DNA of 64,000 nucleotides from Owenia fusiformis (lineage: Eukaryota): NCBI GenBank assembly GCA_903813345.2, contig CAIIXF020000001.1, positions 15,562,001 to 15,626,000 of the forward strand. Direction: 5' to 3'. The notes under the pieces are model-generated. The model worked only from the letters and a program-made list of their open reading frames with translations. It had not been told where the DNA came from and did no database searches. Position numbers and translations under genes: made by a program. Positions 24,883 to 37,100 of this stretch are shown piece after piece (the first letter of the stretch is position 1; each line of letters opens with the position of its first letter).

Positions 24883-25980
24883 ATGGCATATCAAGACTAT
24901 TTAAAGAAATTATACTTTGACAGTCGAAATTCTGGAGCCTTTGCTGGACCAGACAAACTCTATAGAGCTGTACTAAATGATGGGAAATACCAGCTGTCCC
25001 GTTATCAGATAAAGAAATGGCTGGACAATCAAGAAGCTTATGGCCTACAGAGACCTTATAAGAAACGATTCGCTCGTAACAAAGTATATGTCTCGCATAT
25101 TGACGAACAATGGGATGCAGATCTTATGGATGTCTCTAATATATCATCGCAGAATGACGGGATAAAGTATATCCTGGTTGCGATTGACATTATGTCTCGC
25201 TTTGCCTGGGTTAGACCGCTACACTCCAAAACTGGAAAGGCAGTGGCGGAGGCTTTCGATGATATATTGAAAGAAGGTCGACAACCAGATGTCACTAGGA
25301 CGGACAAAGGTCAAGAATTCCGCGCTAAGGTTGTACAAACATTGTTGAATAGATGGGGAGTCCGCCATTTTGTTACGGGTAATACCCCCAAGGCCAACTA
25401 TGCAGAAAGATTGATAAAGACGTTAAAGACTAAAATAATGAGGTATATCACGTACAAACAGAACCATAGATTTATAGACAATTTACAAAACTTTGTGAAG
25501 AGTTATAACGCCACTTGGCATAGGGGTATAAAAATGGCTCCTAAAAATGTATCTAAAGACGATGAATTGGTTATTTGGTGGCGGATGTATTATCCTAAAT
25601 CAACTATCGTTAAAACCAAATCTAATCACATCTTTAAATTCCCCATTGGAGCTCTGGTAAGAATTACCCAGTCGAGACATGTTTTTAGTAGAGAATACGA
25701 CCAACATTGGACAGGGGAAATTTTTAAAGTAACGAAACGTTTTATTAGGCAGGGCCTCCCATTATATCGTTTAAATGATTTTCAAAATGAAGACATTAAG
25801 GGTACTTTTTACCAATCGGAGCTTCAAAGAGTACAAGCGAATGAAGATGATATTTGGAAAGTAGAAAAAATCTTGAAAACACGAACTAGACGAGGGCAAC
25901 GGGAACATTTAGTGCGTTGGCAATATTGGCCAAAAAAGTTTGATTCGTGGGTTAAAGATTCCGATTTAATACCTTTGTAA
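24883..25980 (+). CDS. Polinton-type retroviral-like (rve/c-integrase) DDE integrase with C-terminal chromodomain
   Basis: 365-aa intact ORF: WDADLMD, RTDKGQEF, YAERLIKTLK catalytic motifs; chromodomain WKVEKILKTR...HLVRWQYWPKKFDSWV. Confidence 0.92.
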   Translation: MAYQDYLKKLYFDSRNSGAFAGPDKLYRAVLNDGKYQLSRYQIKKWLDNQEAYGLQRPYKKRFARNKVYVSHIDEQWDADLMDVSNISSQNDGIKYILVAIDIMSRFAWVRPLHSKTGKAVAEAFDDILKEGRQPDVTRTDKGQEFRAKVVQTLLNRWGVRHFVTGNTPKANYAERLIKTLKTKIMRYITYKQNHRFIDNLQNFVKSYNATWHRGIKMAPKNVSKDDELVIWWRMYYPKSTIVKTKSNHIFKFPIGALVRITQSRHVFSREYDQHWTGEIFKVTKRFIRQGLPLYRLNDFQNEDIKGTFYQSELQRVQANEDDIWKVEKILKTRTRRGQREHLVRWQYWPKKFDSWVKDSDLIPL

Positions 25981-28116
25981 TTTGTGTATGATTCAATGAA
26001 GAATTTTGAATGTTATAATGTAAATATGTATTATAGTTGATGTATTTTGAAAAGAAGTGTGTTGACGAATTAGCAAATAAATATTTATCCCAACCAAATG
26101 TAACATCCATTAAACGGTATGATCTTAAATCGATGAAGGACGTTACACTAATTAAAGTTGATGGATGGTTGATTGATAATCGATAATCGAGCTAGGTCCG
26201 CACTTTAAAGTACAGTCCAGAGTAATTTGTTTCGTAAACTGACAGCTGGATGACCTTAAAACGATAAGACCTCGCGAGTACGAAACGCCTGGTTGATAGG
26301 TAATCGATAATCCGCCTGGGCCGCACTTTATAAATAAGGCAGTGACATTTACGACGCGTACTGGTTTATCGATTTATTGTTTTTGGCGGGAATTCGAATA
26401 GTATCCTTACAGTAAACGTACAAACGTGGGGTAGGGCGTCCGTTACCTTAGGGCCCGAGATTCCCGAAATATGTACACGCCACCACGCCGAGGGGGGGAG
26501 GGGTGGGGTCCCCGTATGTGCCTCCCGAGCTCAGGGAGGCTCACAGATGTCCCTCCCCATTGGAGCCCATGTTAGGGAGGGTACTATGAAAAATCGTGTC
26601 CCTCCCCATAGGACTCCATGTTAAAGGTGCGTCAGAACTCTCGTTTCTGTAACTACTGCTTGAGGCAAGATGCATAAACTATATAATTCCACGGCTATAA
26701 CTTGAAAAACGCCACTGTTGTGTCTATGCCCCTTCTGTATCTTACCCACGGGAACCTACAAAACAGAAAAATATATACATGTAATGACATTATGAAAAGG
26801 GGAAGTCCCGTCTATATAAATCCCTAGGTTCAAGTCGTGGAAACATCCCCATATTTGCAACAAAACAATGATAAACCAAAGTCGGTAAGTAGTAGTTGTA
26901 CCATATGCATGAATTGTAGCTTTTGGGAAGGATGATAAAACGCAAAAAAATAATTTAAATACTTGGTGAAGTCTGGCATTCATGATCTGACAGGAAATTT
27001 AGGGAAAGCCTTGATTATGATTAAACGTAAAAGCAAAAGTTGACCATTGTATCTTGGAGGTTATCATGACAAATGAAGACGACCACTGAATCCAAATCCA
27101 GTTCACTAAAACAATGTATTATAAACAAATAAACTAAATCACTATTACTATTACATGTATTATAAAATAATAAATAGATAACGTGTTTTATATTCGTACA
27201 ATGATGAATACATTGCAGCAAAGAGCTTGAAACAATGTTCACTGTTTACCCAGTTTAAGTTAAACTAAATAACAGCAACGCCAAAGCGTAGAAAATTAAT
27301 ATTTGATCTTGAAAGTATTAACATCAATTGCTAAGATTTGAACATTATGCTCTTGATGCAGAACACAATAGTGTTTTACTTTAATCGAATATGTTTATAA
27401 TCATATCATATGACATTAATGATTGCGTCCCATTTCATGATTATATGGAGATGTTACCTTGACATACACGTATTTTCAGAAATATTTGTTATCGTTGGTA
27501 GAAAACGGTAGATCTAACGTACTCTGGAAAATGCCCTACCTGCCCCTGCCGTGAATTGTGTTTTAACGTTTACTTTTTATTACCTTTAAATGCTTAGTTT
27601 CATCCTTGGTCAGAGGGAATAGCAAATATGACGTAAATAAAGGGATTACAAGCTTTATTCCTGTTCTAGTCTACTGTGAAGAAACGTATACCCAGTTTTT
27701 GGGTACCCGGTTTTTTCGACCGGGTACTTTCTCGACCGGGTACCGGGTACCAAGTTGGAATCCCGCATGGAGGATTTAGTACCCGGTACCCGGTACCCGG
27801 TACCCGGTTTTTTCTACAAACCCGTGTCGGTGATATCCAATATCCAGCCACGCGCTACTGTTTACACTTGAACAGTGAATGAAATGCGTTCTTTTGATTG
27901 GTTATTGCAGAATTATCAAATGATTCAATAGTAATTAGAGTTAAATAAATACTAATTTGACGTTCATTCATGATCTAAATAATATGTGTTAGAAATTACG
28001 TACATAAAAGTCTCACTTTCATTGAAGAAAGATTTATAGATCGCCTTCATCTCCGGGCTGACCTTTGTACTTCCGGTTCAGTAATTCTAAAAAATTTTAA
28101 TAAAAATTCTAATAAA

Positions 28117-31100
28117 ATGTCACTTTTAAAGAATACTGGGTAAGTAGCATCTTATATAATACAATTACAGTGTACAATGTATTTGCTTTACTAGTTGGCA
28201 AGGGTTTTATAGAGAAATTTAGGGAGTTTTCACCACTTCAGAAGATAACAAGTCTGCATCAAATAAATCACAAGTTTTTGAGGCTTACACACTCATTTTT
28301 TTTATTCTGTGAACCAGTTCATCAGTGGAGACGATAACCCCATTTAACGTGTAACACGGAGATTGCCATTTTGCACGTCAATTGACGTGAATCACGCCAA
28401 TAAGCAGAATGCCCATTGTAATTCATAATTTGAAACACCAGGTTAATTAGAAGACCCAGTGTTTACTATATACACGATCTAAGTAATATTTCTTTTATAG
28501 TACGTATACTTAGGTAAACATTAATGATATATTAAATCCCAGGGAAGTATTTCATTCCAAAACTGTGGAGAAATGCCGTTCAATCTTGTGAATTTTCTGT
28601 CAATGTTACGAACCAATGAAGTCACCACCGAACTTGCATTCTTGGAAAGTCTAAATCGATCGATGGAACGCTTTTTATTGCATTTTCTTCAAGTATTTAA
28701 TCTAGTCTAGCACTTGTATGAAGGAATTCGCGATCCTATGTGGGAATTTTGCGCTAAAACTAATCAAAGTTACCTCTCACGAATCCTAGAAAAACGCCAT
28801 ATTGGAATTACTAATACTTCTTCAATCGTCTAGATATCGTCTTTCCGACGGGTTTTACGACAAAATTGGTACCGACCCGATGGTATTTTAATCTCTTAAC
28901 ACAACGTAAACCCCAATTCCGAGAAAAGACCACTGAAAATCACTAAAATGGGGTCTACTTTCCCTCTTCTTTTTGACCGGAAGTGTTTTCCTGATCTCGA
29001 TGTGTTGCTGATTTTTTCGTTTTTACCTGGCTGGATTTATATTTTAAACCTTCTTTGCAATGATCTAATGATTACCTAAATGAATTATAAAAAATTTAAA
29101 TTCCTATCCTCATTAGATCAGAATTTATTAGTTTTCTTTCCTTCGTTTGTTTACTTCCGGTTTGCCATTGAATAAATATTTCTTGTAAACATTGACGTAT
29201 GCACATCATAATAGTTGCTAGTTCAAAATGCAACCTGGACAATAGCAAATGTTTATGATTATAACTATAACATACGATGCAGATCATGATTTACCCACTA
29301 GTTTCCCAGTTTATAACTGCCTGTCGTCCTGCCGATAATATGTGAAACTTTTAAAAGATACGTCAATTGCCGTGCAAAATATTGCACGTCACTTGACGGA
29401 CATGACGGCAATTGCCGTTATTATCTATTGACATGCGCACTTATGCTTCATAATTTCACGTCAATTGTCGTGCAACATGGCAATTGCCGTACTTCACGTT
29501 AAATGAGGTTATCGTCTCCACTGTTCATATGGTTAAAATAACAAAATAATGAAATGTTACGATGTGTCTACTTAGCAGTTTGTTCTATGTCATCCATCCT
29601 GCTAGGTTACATTGTGGAACTCCGCCCACCACGACACTGAAGGCAGTATTCTGAGGTTATAAAATCTAAATCTAAATAATTTCCCATTTGTAGCCCCTTG
29701 GAGATTTCCGGAATTGAACAAAGTAGCGAACGTTGTGATTTTTCAACTTTAGTTCGTTGTTTTTCACAACTTTATGTGTGGTGTTTTCATTTAGGAGGCG
29801 GTCTTATTTGAATGCATCATTTCAGGTCTTTATGAATCAATAGATCAATAAGCAGACTAAAAATTCATATTTAGCAGTTTTGTTCGTGTCGTACTAGGCC
29901 TGTTAGGCACGAAAAATAATTTAGCAGTTTTGTTCACTGTGTAATTGGGCCTTCTATAATCAGTAGCAAATGCTCGCAAAACATTTTCAAAAATATTTAC
30001 TACTGTTTTCCTTGAAGAAATGGTAAGGTGACACGTCATTTAGTTACATGATCGATACAGTAACTAGTCACGTGATCAGACACATGTCACGTGATCAGAC
30101 ACGTGACACATGATCAGTCACATGAGCTTGCAAAATGGACGATCTAAATTTCCCAAAATTCTGTTAAGATCAAGATCGATATGCTGTTGCCTTCAGTGTC
30201 GTGTTTGGCGGAGTTCCACAATGTAACCTAGCAGGATGGATGACATAGAACAAACTGCTAAGTAGACACATGGTTAAACATTTCATTATTTGGTTATTTT
30301 AACCATATGAACTTGTTCACAGAATAAAAAAAATGAGTGTAGGCCTACAGTAAAATTTTATTTTTAAATGTTTGGAACTACTTTGAATTTAAGCAATCAA
30401 ATGGCTATATTGCAATAGTTTATAAAAAGATAGAAACATATGTACTTGTCCTAACTTTTTAGCTCACATGGTGAGCTTTTGCAATCACTCACTTGTCCGT
30501 CTGTCTGTCCGTCCATCCGTCTGTCTGTCTGTCCGTCTGTCCGTCAACAATAGTGGCACGTTAACGTTTTAAAACCTCTGTCGATAGGATTCCTGTTTTA
30601 AGTTATTTCTGTTCAAGATCAATACAGAAAACTCCCCTATGACTCCTGGTTCATAAGCTCGCCTATTTTCAAAATGGCCGTCACTTTTGTCTCGCAAAAT
30701 TCACTTTTGACCCATTTCCTTTAAAACCTCTGTCGATAAGATTCCTGTTTTAAGTTATTTCTGTTCAAGATCAATACAGAAAACTCCCCTATGACTCCTG
30801 GTTCAAAAGCTCGCCTATTTTCAAAATGGCTGTCACTTTTGTCCCATTTCCTAGCTTTACCAATAATTTCAGGTGTCCTACACTGTAAAAATCCATGTCA
30901 ATGTAAAGGGTAGATATATTGTTACAAAAAATCAGCGAAAAATTATATCCATTTTTTTATTTTCAGCCATTTTAGTTAACATTGATTTGTCTATCTGACT
31001 CGCGAAATCCACTTTTCATCAATAACAGTGGCACGTTTTAAAACCTCTGTCGATAGGATTCCTGTTTTAAGTTATTTCTGTTCAACATCAATACAGAAAA

Positions 31101-34100
31101 CTCCCCTATGACTCCTGGTTCAAAAGCTCGCCTATTTTCAAAATGGCCGCCATTTTTTGCGAAATTCACTTTTGACCCATTTCCTAGCTTTACAAATAAT
31201 TTCAAGTGTCCTACATTGTAAAAATCCATGTCAATGTAAAGAAAAGATGTATGAAATAATTATCCCACCGAACGAAGTTCGAGAGGGATATAGGAAAGCC
31301 GTCCGTCCGTCCATGCCGTCCGTCCGTTCGTCCGTCCGTCCGTCTGTTTGTCCGGGTGATAACTCAAATACCGTTTCACGGATTTGATTCAAATTTAATA
31401 GGCTTATGCCTTATGGGTGTAGGACCTCTGCTCGAGAAGGAATTTTCAATATGGCCACTGAATTCAAAATGGCCGCCATTTTTCATAAAAAATGTAATCT
31501 TTAATAACTCAAATACTAGTTTGCGGATTTGGTTCAAATTTTATATGCTGATGCCTAGGGACAACGGAGTGTCGCACAACAAGAGATTTTCAAGATGGCC
31601 GCTTAATTTCAAAATGGCGGCCATTTTTCATAAAAATATGTAATCTTTGATAACTCAAATACCAGTGAATAGATTTGGTTCAAATTTTATATGATGATGC
31701 TTAAGGACACAGTAGCTATGTTCAACAAAAATTTTTCAAGATGGCCGCTTAATTTCAAAATGGCGGCAATTTTTCGTAGAAAACGTAATCTTTGATAACT
31801 CAAATACCAGTGAACGGATTTGGTTGAAATTTTATATGATTATGCCTAGGGACACAGTAGGTCTGTTCAAGAAATAATTTTCAAGATGGCGGCTGAATTT
31901 CAAGATGGCGCCCAATTTTCGTAAAAAACGTAATCTTTGATAACTCATACACCAGTGGATTTGGTTCAAATTTTATAGGCTTATGCCTTATGAGTGTAGG
32001 ACCTCTGCTCAAGAAGGAATTTTCGATATGGTCGCTCAATTCAAAATGGCCGCCATTTTTTGTAAAAAATGTAATTGTTGATAATTCAAATACAAGTTGA
32101 CAGATTTGGTTCAAATTTTATATGCTGATGCCTAGGGACAAAGGAGTTTTGCACAAAAAGAAATTTTCAAGATGGCCGTTTAATTTTAATATGGCGGCCA
32201 TTTTTCGTAAAAATATGTAATCTTTGATAACTCAAATACCAGTGAACGGATTTGGTTCAAATTTTATATGATGATGCTTAGGGACACAGTAGCTATGTTT
32301 GACAAAAAATTTTCAAGATGGCCACTTAATTTCAAAATGGCGGCAATTTTATATGATTATGCCTAGGGACACAGTAGCTCTGTTCAAGAAATAATTATCA
32401 AGATGGCGGCTGAATTTTAAGATGGCGGCCAATTTTCGTAAAAAACGTAATCTTTGATAACTCATATACCAGTGAACGGATTTGGTTCAAATTTTATATG
32501 ATGATGCCTAGTTCACAATGGTATAAACTAACTTTGTGCCAAATTTCATGCTTCTATCACAAAGTGCACAAACATTTCAACATTTACACTAGCTATAATA
32601 AGCATAATATGTTTTGTTCGGTGGGATTTGCCACTCCGTGGAGTTGCTGTTTTTCTAGTTTTGTTACGAGAAATCAGCGAAAAATTATATCCATTTTTCA
32701 GCCATTTTAGTTAACATTGATTCGTCCATCTGTCTCGCAAAATCCACTTTTGGACCATTTACCTTAAACCCTCTGTCGATAGGATTCCCGTTTTAAGTTA
32801 ATTTTGTTCAATATCAATACAAAAAACTCTCCTATCACTCTTGGTTCAAAAGCTCGCCTATTTTCAAAATGGTCGCCATTCTTGTTTCGCGAAATTCACT
32901 TTTTGCCCATTTCCTAGCTTTACAAATAATTTCAGCTGTCCTGCATTGTAAAAAGCCACCATGTTTAAACGTAAACCATGATACCATGGTATACCATGGT
33001 TTACCATGGTCTATCATGATCGGCAATGAAATTACCATCAACTCTGACCATGGTGGCAATGATGTTTTTTTGGTCAATTTTTGACCATGGTATACCATGG
33101 TATATCATGTTATACCATATTTCATGGTATTTCATGTCCAAAGTTTGCCATCAAATACCATGGTATTTCATTGCCATGTTCCTGACTATCATTTACCATG
33201 GTATTACCATGGTATATCATGGTTGATTGCATTTCATTGTAAGATGTGACAATCAAATACCATGGTATTTCAATGCCATGTTCCTGACCATAATTTACCA
33301 TGGTATATCATGGTTGATGGCATTTCATTATAAGATGTGACAATCAAATACCATGGTCATACCATGGTATTTCATTGCCATGTTCCTGACCATCATTTAC
33401 CATGGTATTACCCTTGTATATCATGGTTGATGGTATTTCATTGTACAATTTGACAATCAAATATCATGGTCATACCATGATATTTTATTGTTATGTACCT
33501 GACCATCATTTACCATGGTATTACCATTGTATATCATGGTTGATGACATTTCATGGCATTTCATTGTACCGTGTGACAATCAATTACCATGGTCATACCA
33601 TGTCATTTCATTGCCAAAATCATAACTCTCATTTATCATGGTTTTATAATTGCATTTCATGGTTGGTGGTATTTCATGGCATTTTATTGTCAAACCTGAC
33701 CATCAAATACTATGGTCACACCATGGTATTTCATTGCCATAATCATAACTATCATTTATCATGGCATATCATTGCATTTCGTGGTTGATTGTATTTCATA
33801 GCATTTCATTGTCAAACCTGACCATCAAATACCATGGTTATACCATGGTATTTTATTGCTAAAAAGAACTCTACAAGAGTCTCAAGACTAAAATTGGTCA
33901 GAGTTGAAATGGATCATGAAATGCAATGAAATACTACGTTTAACCATGAAATGCAATGAAATACAATGATTGATCATGATATGCAATGAAATGCAATGGT
34001 CTTTCTTGCAATGCAGTGAAATACAATGAAAGGCCATGTTCAAAAAGTATTTTTTACATGAAATATCTTTATTAATAAATGTTGATTAGATAACCAAATT

Positions 34101-37100
34101 ATTATAATTAGTGATTCTGATATTCATCAAAATCACAACTTTATATACTTTTGTTCCTTTATTTAATTAATTAATTTCTATTATGAATAATTAAGTTAAT
34201 AACCCTAGAAACAATTTTTTTTTTGTTAAACAAATATGCTTTACTTTTATTTGACTGTTGTCGGTTAAATAGGAGATCAACTTAATATTTTGTAAGTCAA
34301 ACCTCCAGTCTTCGATTAAACATCTTGACTGTACTTCATTGCACTTGATGGTTTGCAACCAAGAAATACTGCAAAATAGCAGTATTTTTAAATGCAAAAT
34401 TTTAAGTATAGTTTCCACAGTATACCATGGTAGATTGTGATAATTAAATGGCTCCATTGCATATCATGGTTAAATGTTTAGACCATGATATCACTGCATT
34501 TGATGGTATTTGACCATGAAATACTGTGAACAGTGGTATTTTTTAGATACAAAATTACATGTTAATTGACCATGGTATACCATGGTATATCATGATCGTT
34601 AAATGGCACCATTGCATTTCATGGTCAGGAGCGTTTTTTTAACATGGAGTTTCCCATTGAAAAAATACTGCCGTTTCACAGTATTTCATGGTCAGAAACC
34701 ATCAAATGCAATGATATCATGGTCAAGAAACCATCAAATGCAATGATATCATGGCCGAGAACTTGACCATGATATCATTGCATTTGATGGTTTCTGACCA
34801 TGAAATACTGCGAAACGGCAGTATTTTTTCAATGGAAAACTCCATGTTAAAAACGCACTGTTAACAATGAAATGCAATGGTGCCATTTAACGTTCATGAT
34901 CGGCCATGGTATTACCATGGTATTTCATTGCATTTCATGGCCATATACCATGGTATACCATGGTCATACCATGGTATACCATGGTATGGCCATGGTCCAT
35001 TTCAACATGGAATGTCACTGTAAAGAGTAGTTGTATGAAATAATTTTGTTACAAAAAATCGGCAAAATATTATATCAGTTTTTTTTATTTTCAGCCATTT
35101 TAGTTAACATTGATTTGTTCATCAGTCTCGCGAAATCCTCTTTTGGACCATTTACTTAAAACCTCTGTCGATAGGATTCCAGTTTCACGTTATTTTTGTT
35201 CAACATCAATACAAAAAAACTCCCCTTTGACCCCTGGTTCAAAAGCTTGCCTGATTTCAAAATGGTCGTCATTTTTGTCTCGCTAAATTCAATTTTGGCC
35301 CATTTCCTAGCTTTACAAATAATTTCAGGTGTCTTGCATTGCAAAAAGCCATGTCACTGTAAAGAGTAGTTGTATGAAATAATTTTGTTCCAAATAATTG
35401 AAAAAAAATTATATCCGTTTTTTTCAGCAATTTTACTTAACATCGATTTGTCCATCTGTCTCTCCGTCAGTCCAAAATAGTGGCAAGTGGCTTGAAATAA
35501 TTTTGTTACAAAAAATCAGCAAAAAATTATATCCGTTTTTTTCTGTCACCATGTGAGCCCAGTACCCACGGTACTAATTTTTTTATATTTCAGATACTAG
35601 TCATATACATGTATAAATGTATAATGTCCAGTAAAGCTGTGGCCTTTTGTAGGGAGTTTCATTCATGTTAATTTTTCCGAAAATAACATGGCTGAGAAGC
35701 ATCAAAAAATAAGAGGCCACAGATATGATAGCTAAACTGCAAAACAAACTAAAATATACAAAAGTTAGGACATGTATAAATGTTTCTATTTTTATACTGT
35801 TTCAATATGGTCTTTTAATTGCTTATTTTTTAGATTCAAAGTAGTTCAAACCTTTAAAATTTTACTGTAGATCTTAACAAAATGATAAAATGAAGTTACA
35901 ACACACTCACAGTCATAGTGAGTCTGAGCTGAGTGTTCCCATAAATACACAGAGAGCCAATGTTTTACGATTTTAAGTCTCCGAGTAGCTGTACCGAAGC
36001 CATTATGGGGCTAGACTATATCCTCTAGTCTGAAATTTTTTTGAAAAATTATTTGGAATGAAAATATTCAGACTATAGCCCACACATATGTTAAAATCTG
36101 GGATTGAATAATATTTTTGTTTACATAGACAAAAGACACATCAAACTATTGAATGTTGATCTTTATATTTCATTGAGATTGATAATATGTCAGAAAGGAA
36201 TATTGAGTTTATTAATTTATATCAGAGTGAGGAAAAATGGTTAAATGTTCTCAGAAAAAGTTTAAAAATCTGCATAATTTATCTGAAAAATAAAAATAAA
36301 GTTTTCTAAAAACGCAATTTTTTCTTATTTTTATTTTTATTATTTTTTATATAAATATTATTATGGGAAATTTTCAGAATGCACCAGAGAGGGTCTAAAT
36401 TTCAAAATTTTCTGGGGGGAGGGGCATATACGCTATACTTTGTTTCCGCCCCCCCCCCCCAATTGATTATACTACCTTCATTAGGATTAGATGATTCATT
36501 CTCCTATTTTCAATGAAAACATGCGGATTTTGGTCTGAAAAACCACAAATTGTTCTCAGATGACTCTTGAACGTAAAAAATGGTCCTTTCATTCAGTGCA
36601 ATTTGAGGAGCAATTTGCTACCTGATAATATTTTCTTGGAGCATTTTTGTTGCTACCTGAATATGGGAATTTGCTCCTTGTTTTGGTAGAAGGTAGCAAA
36701 TCCTTGCTACTGGTAAAAAAAGTTAAGGTCAGACCCTGAAGTGCCATTCAAAATGGCCGATTGGGTAAATTAATTTGCATATTTGTTACTTCTCCTAGCT
36801 TTATTTCCACTTGACAATATGCTATGTTACTTTTTGTAGCATTTAATTGTACCTTACTACTTAATTGAATTGTTGCTATGTTGATTTTTGAGAAGTGAAG
36901 CTTCATAGAATTGATAATTTTGTGCAGAAAATTTCCTGTTTTTTTCCCACACGAGGGACATGATGATATATAGACAGAATTCTCTAGGTTCAGTCTATTG
37001 GATATAGACTAAGTATGGGGCTCTTGCCTTGTCACTTTTTACATCCGTTGAGAAATATTCCTCATGACACAGGTGCTCCCTGGGATAAATACGTCCATGC

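Larger units (their letters stand above)
22284..26657 (+). mobile_element. Miniature Polinton/Maverick-type element (ATPase + integrase only)
   Basis: Termini AGTAGTT...AACTACT, ~233-bp TIRs (22284-22516; 26425-26657), 6-bp TSD GCTTGA (22278-22283; 26658-26663), Polinton-type ATPase and integrase ORFs. Confidence 0.92.
14081..27823. mobile_element. 13.7-kb non-autonomous Mutator-like (MULE) TIR element
   Basis: ~120-bp TIRs (GGGTTTGTAGAAAAAACCGGGTACC... at 14081-14200; inverse at ~27700-27823) and perfect 10-bp direct repeat GTGTCGGTGA at 14071-14080 and 27824-27833. Confidence 0.8.
30456..35580 (+). mobile_element. HINE/Helentron-like family A copy with internal tandem repeats and two nested insertions
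   Basis: Same ends as 6849-7540 (AGCTCACATGGTGAGCT ... ATGTGAGCCCAGTACCCACGGTACT). Confidence 0.7.
30348..35867. mobile_element. Tc1/mariner(pogo)-like MITE expanded by nested insertions
   Basis: TA-CAGTAAAATTTTA...TAAAATTTTACTG-TA; imperfect TIR extends ~110 bp (TGTCCTAACTTTT / AAAAGTTAGGACA). Confidence 0.65.

Noticed and set aside
24367-25307. Minus-strand ORFs within the mini-Polinton
   Set aside because: Antisense shadows of the ATPase and integrase genes.
33026-33788. ORFs of 66 and 128 aa rich in H/G/M/Y
   Set aside because: Translations of the CCATGG-rich repeat.
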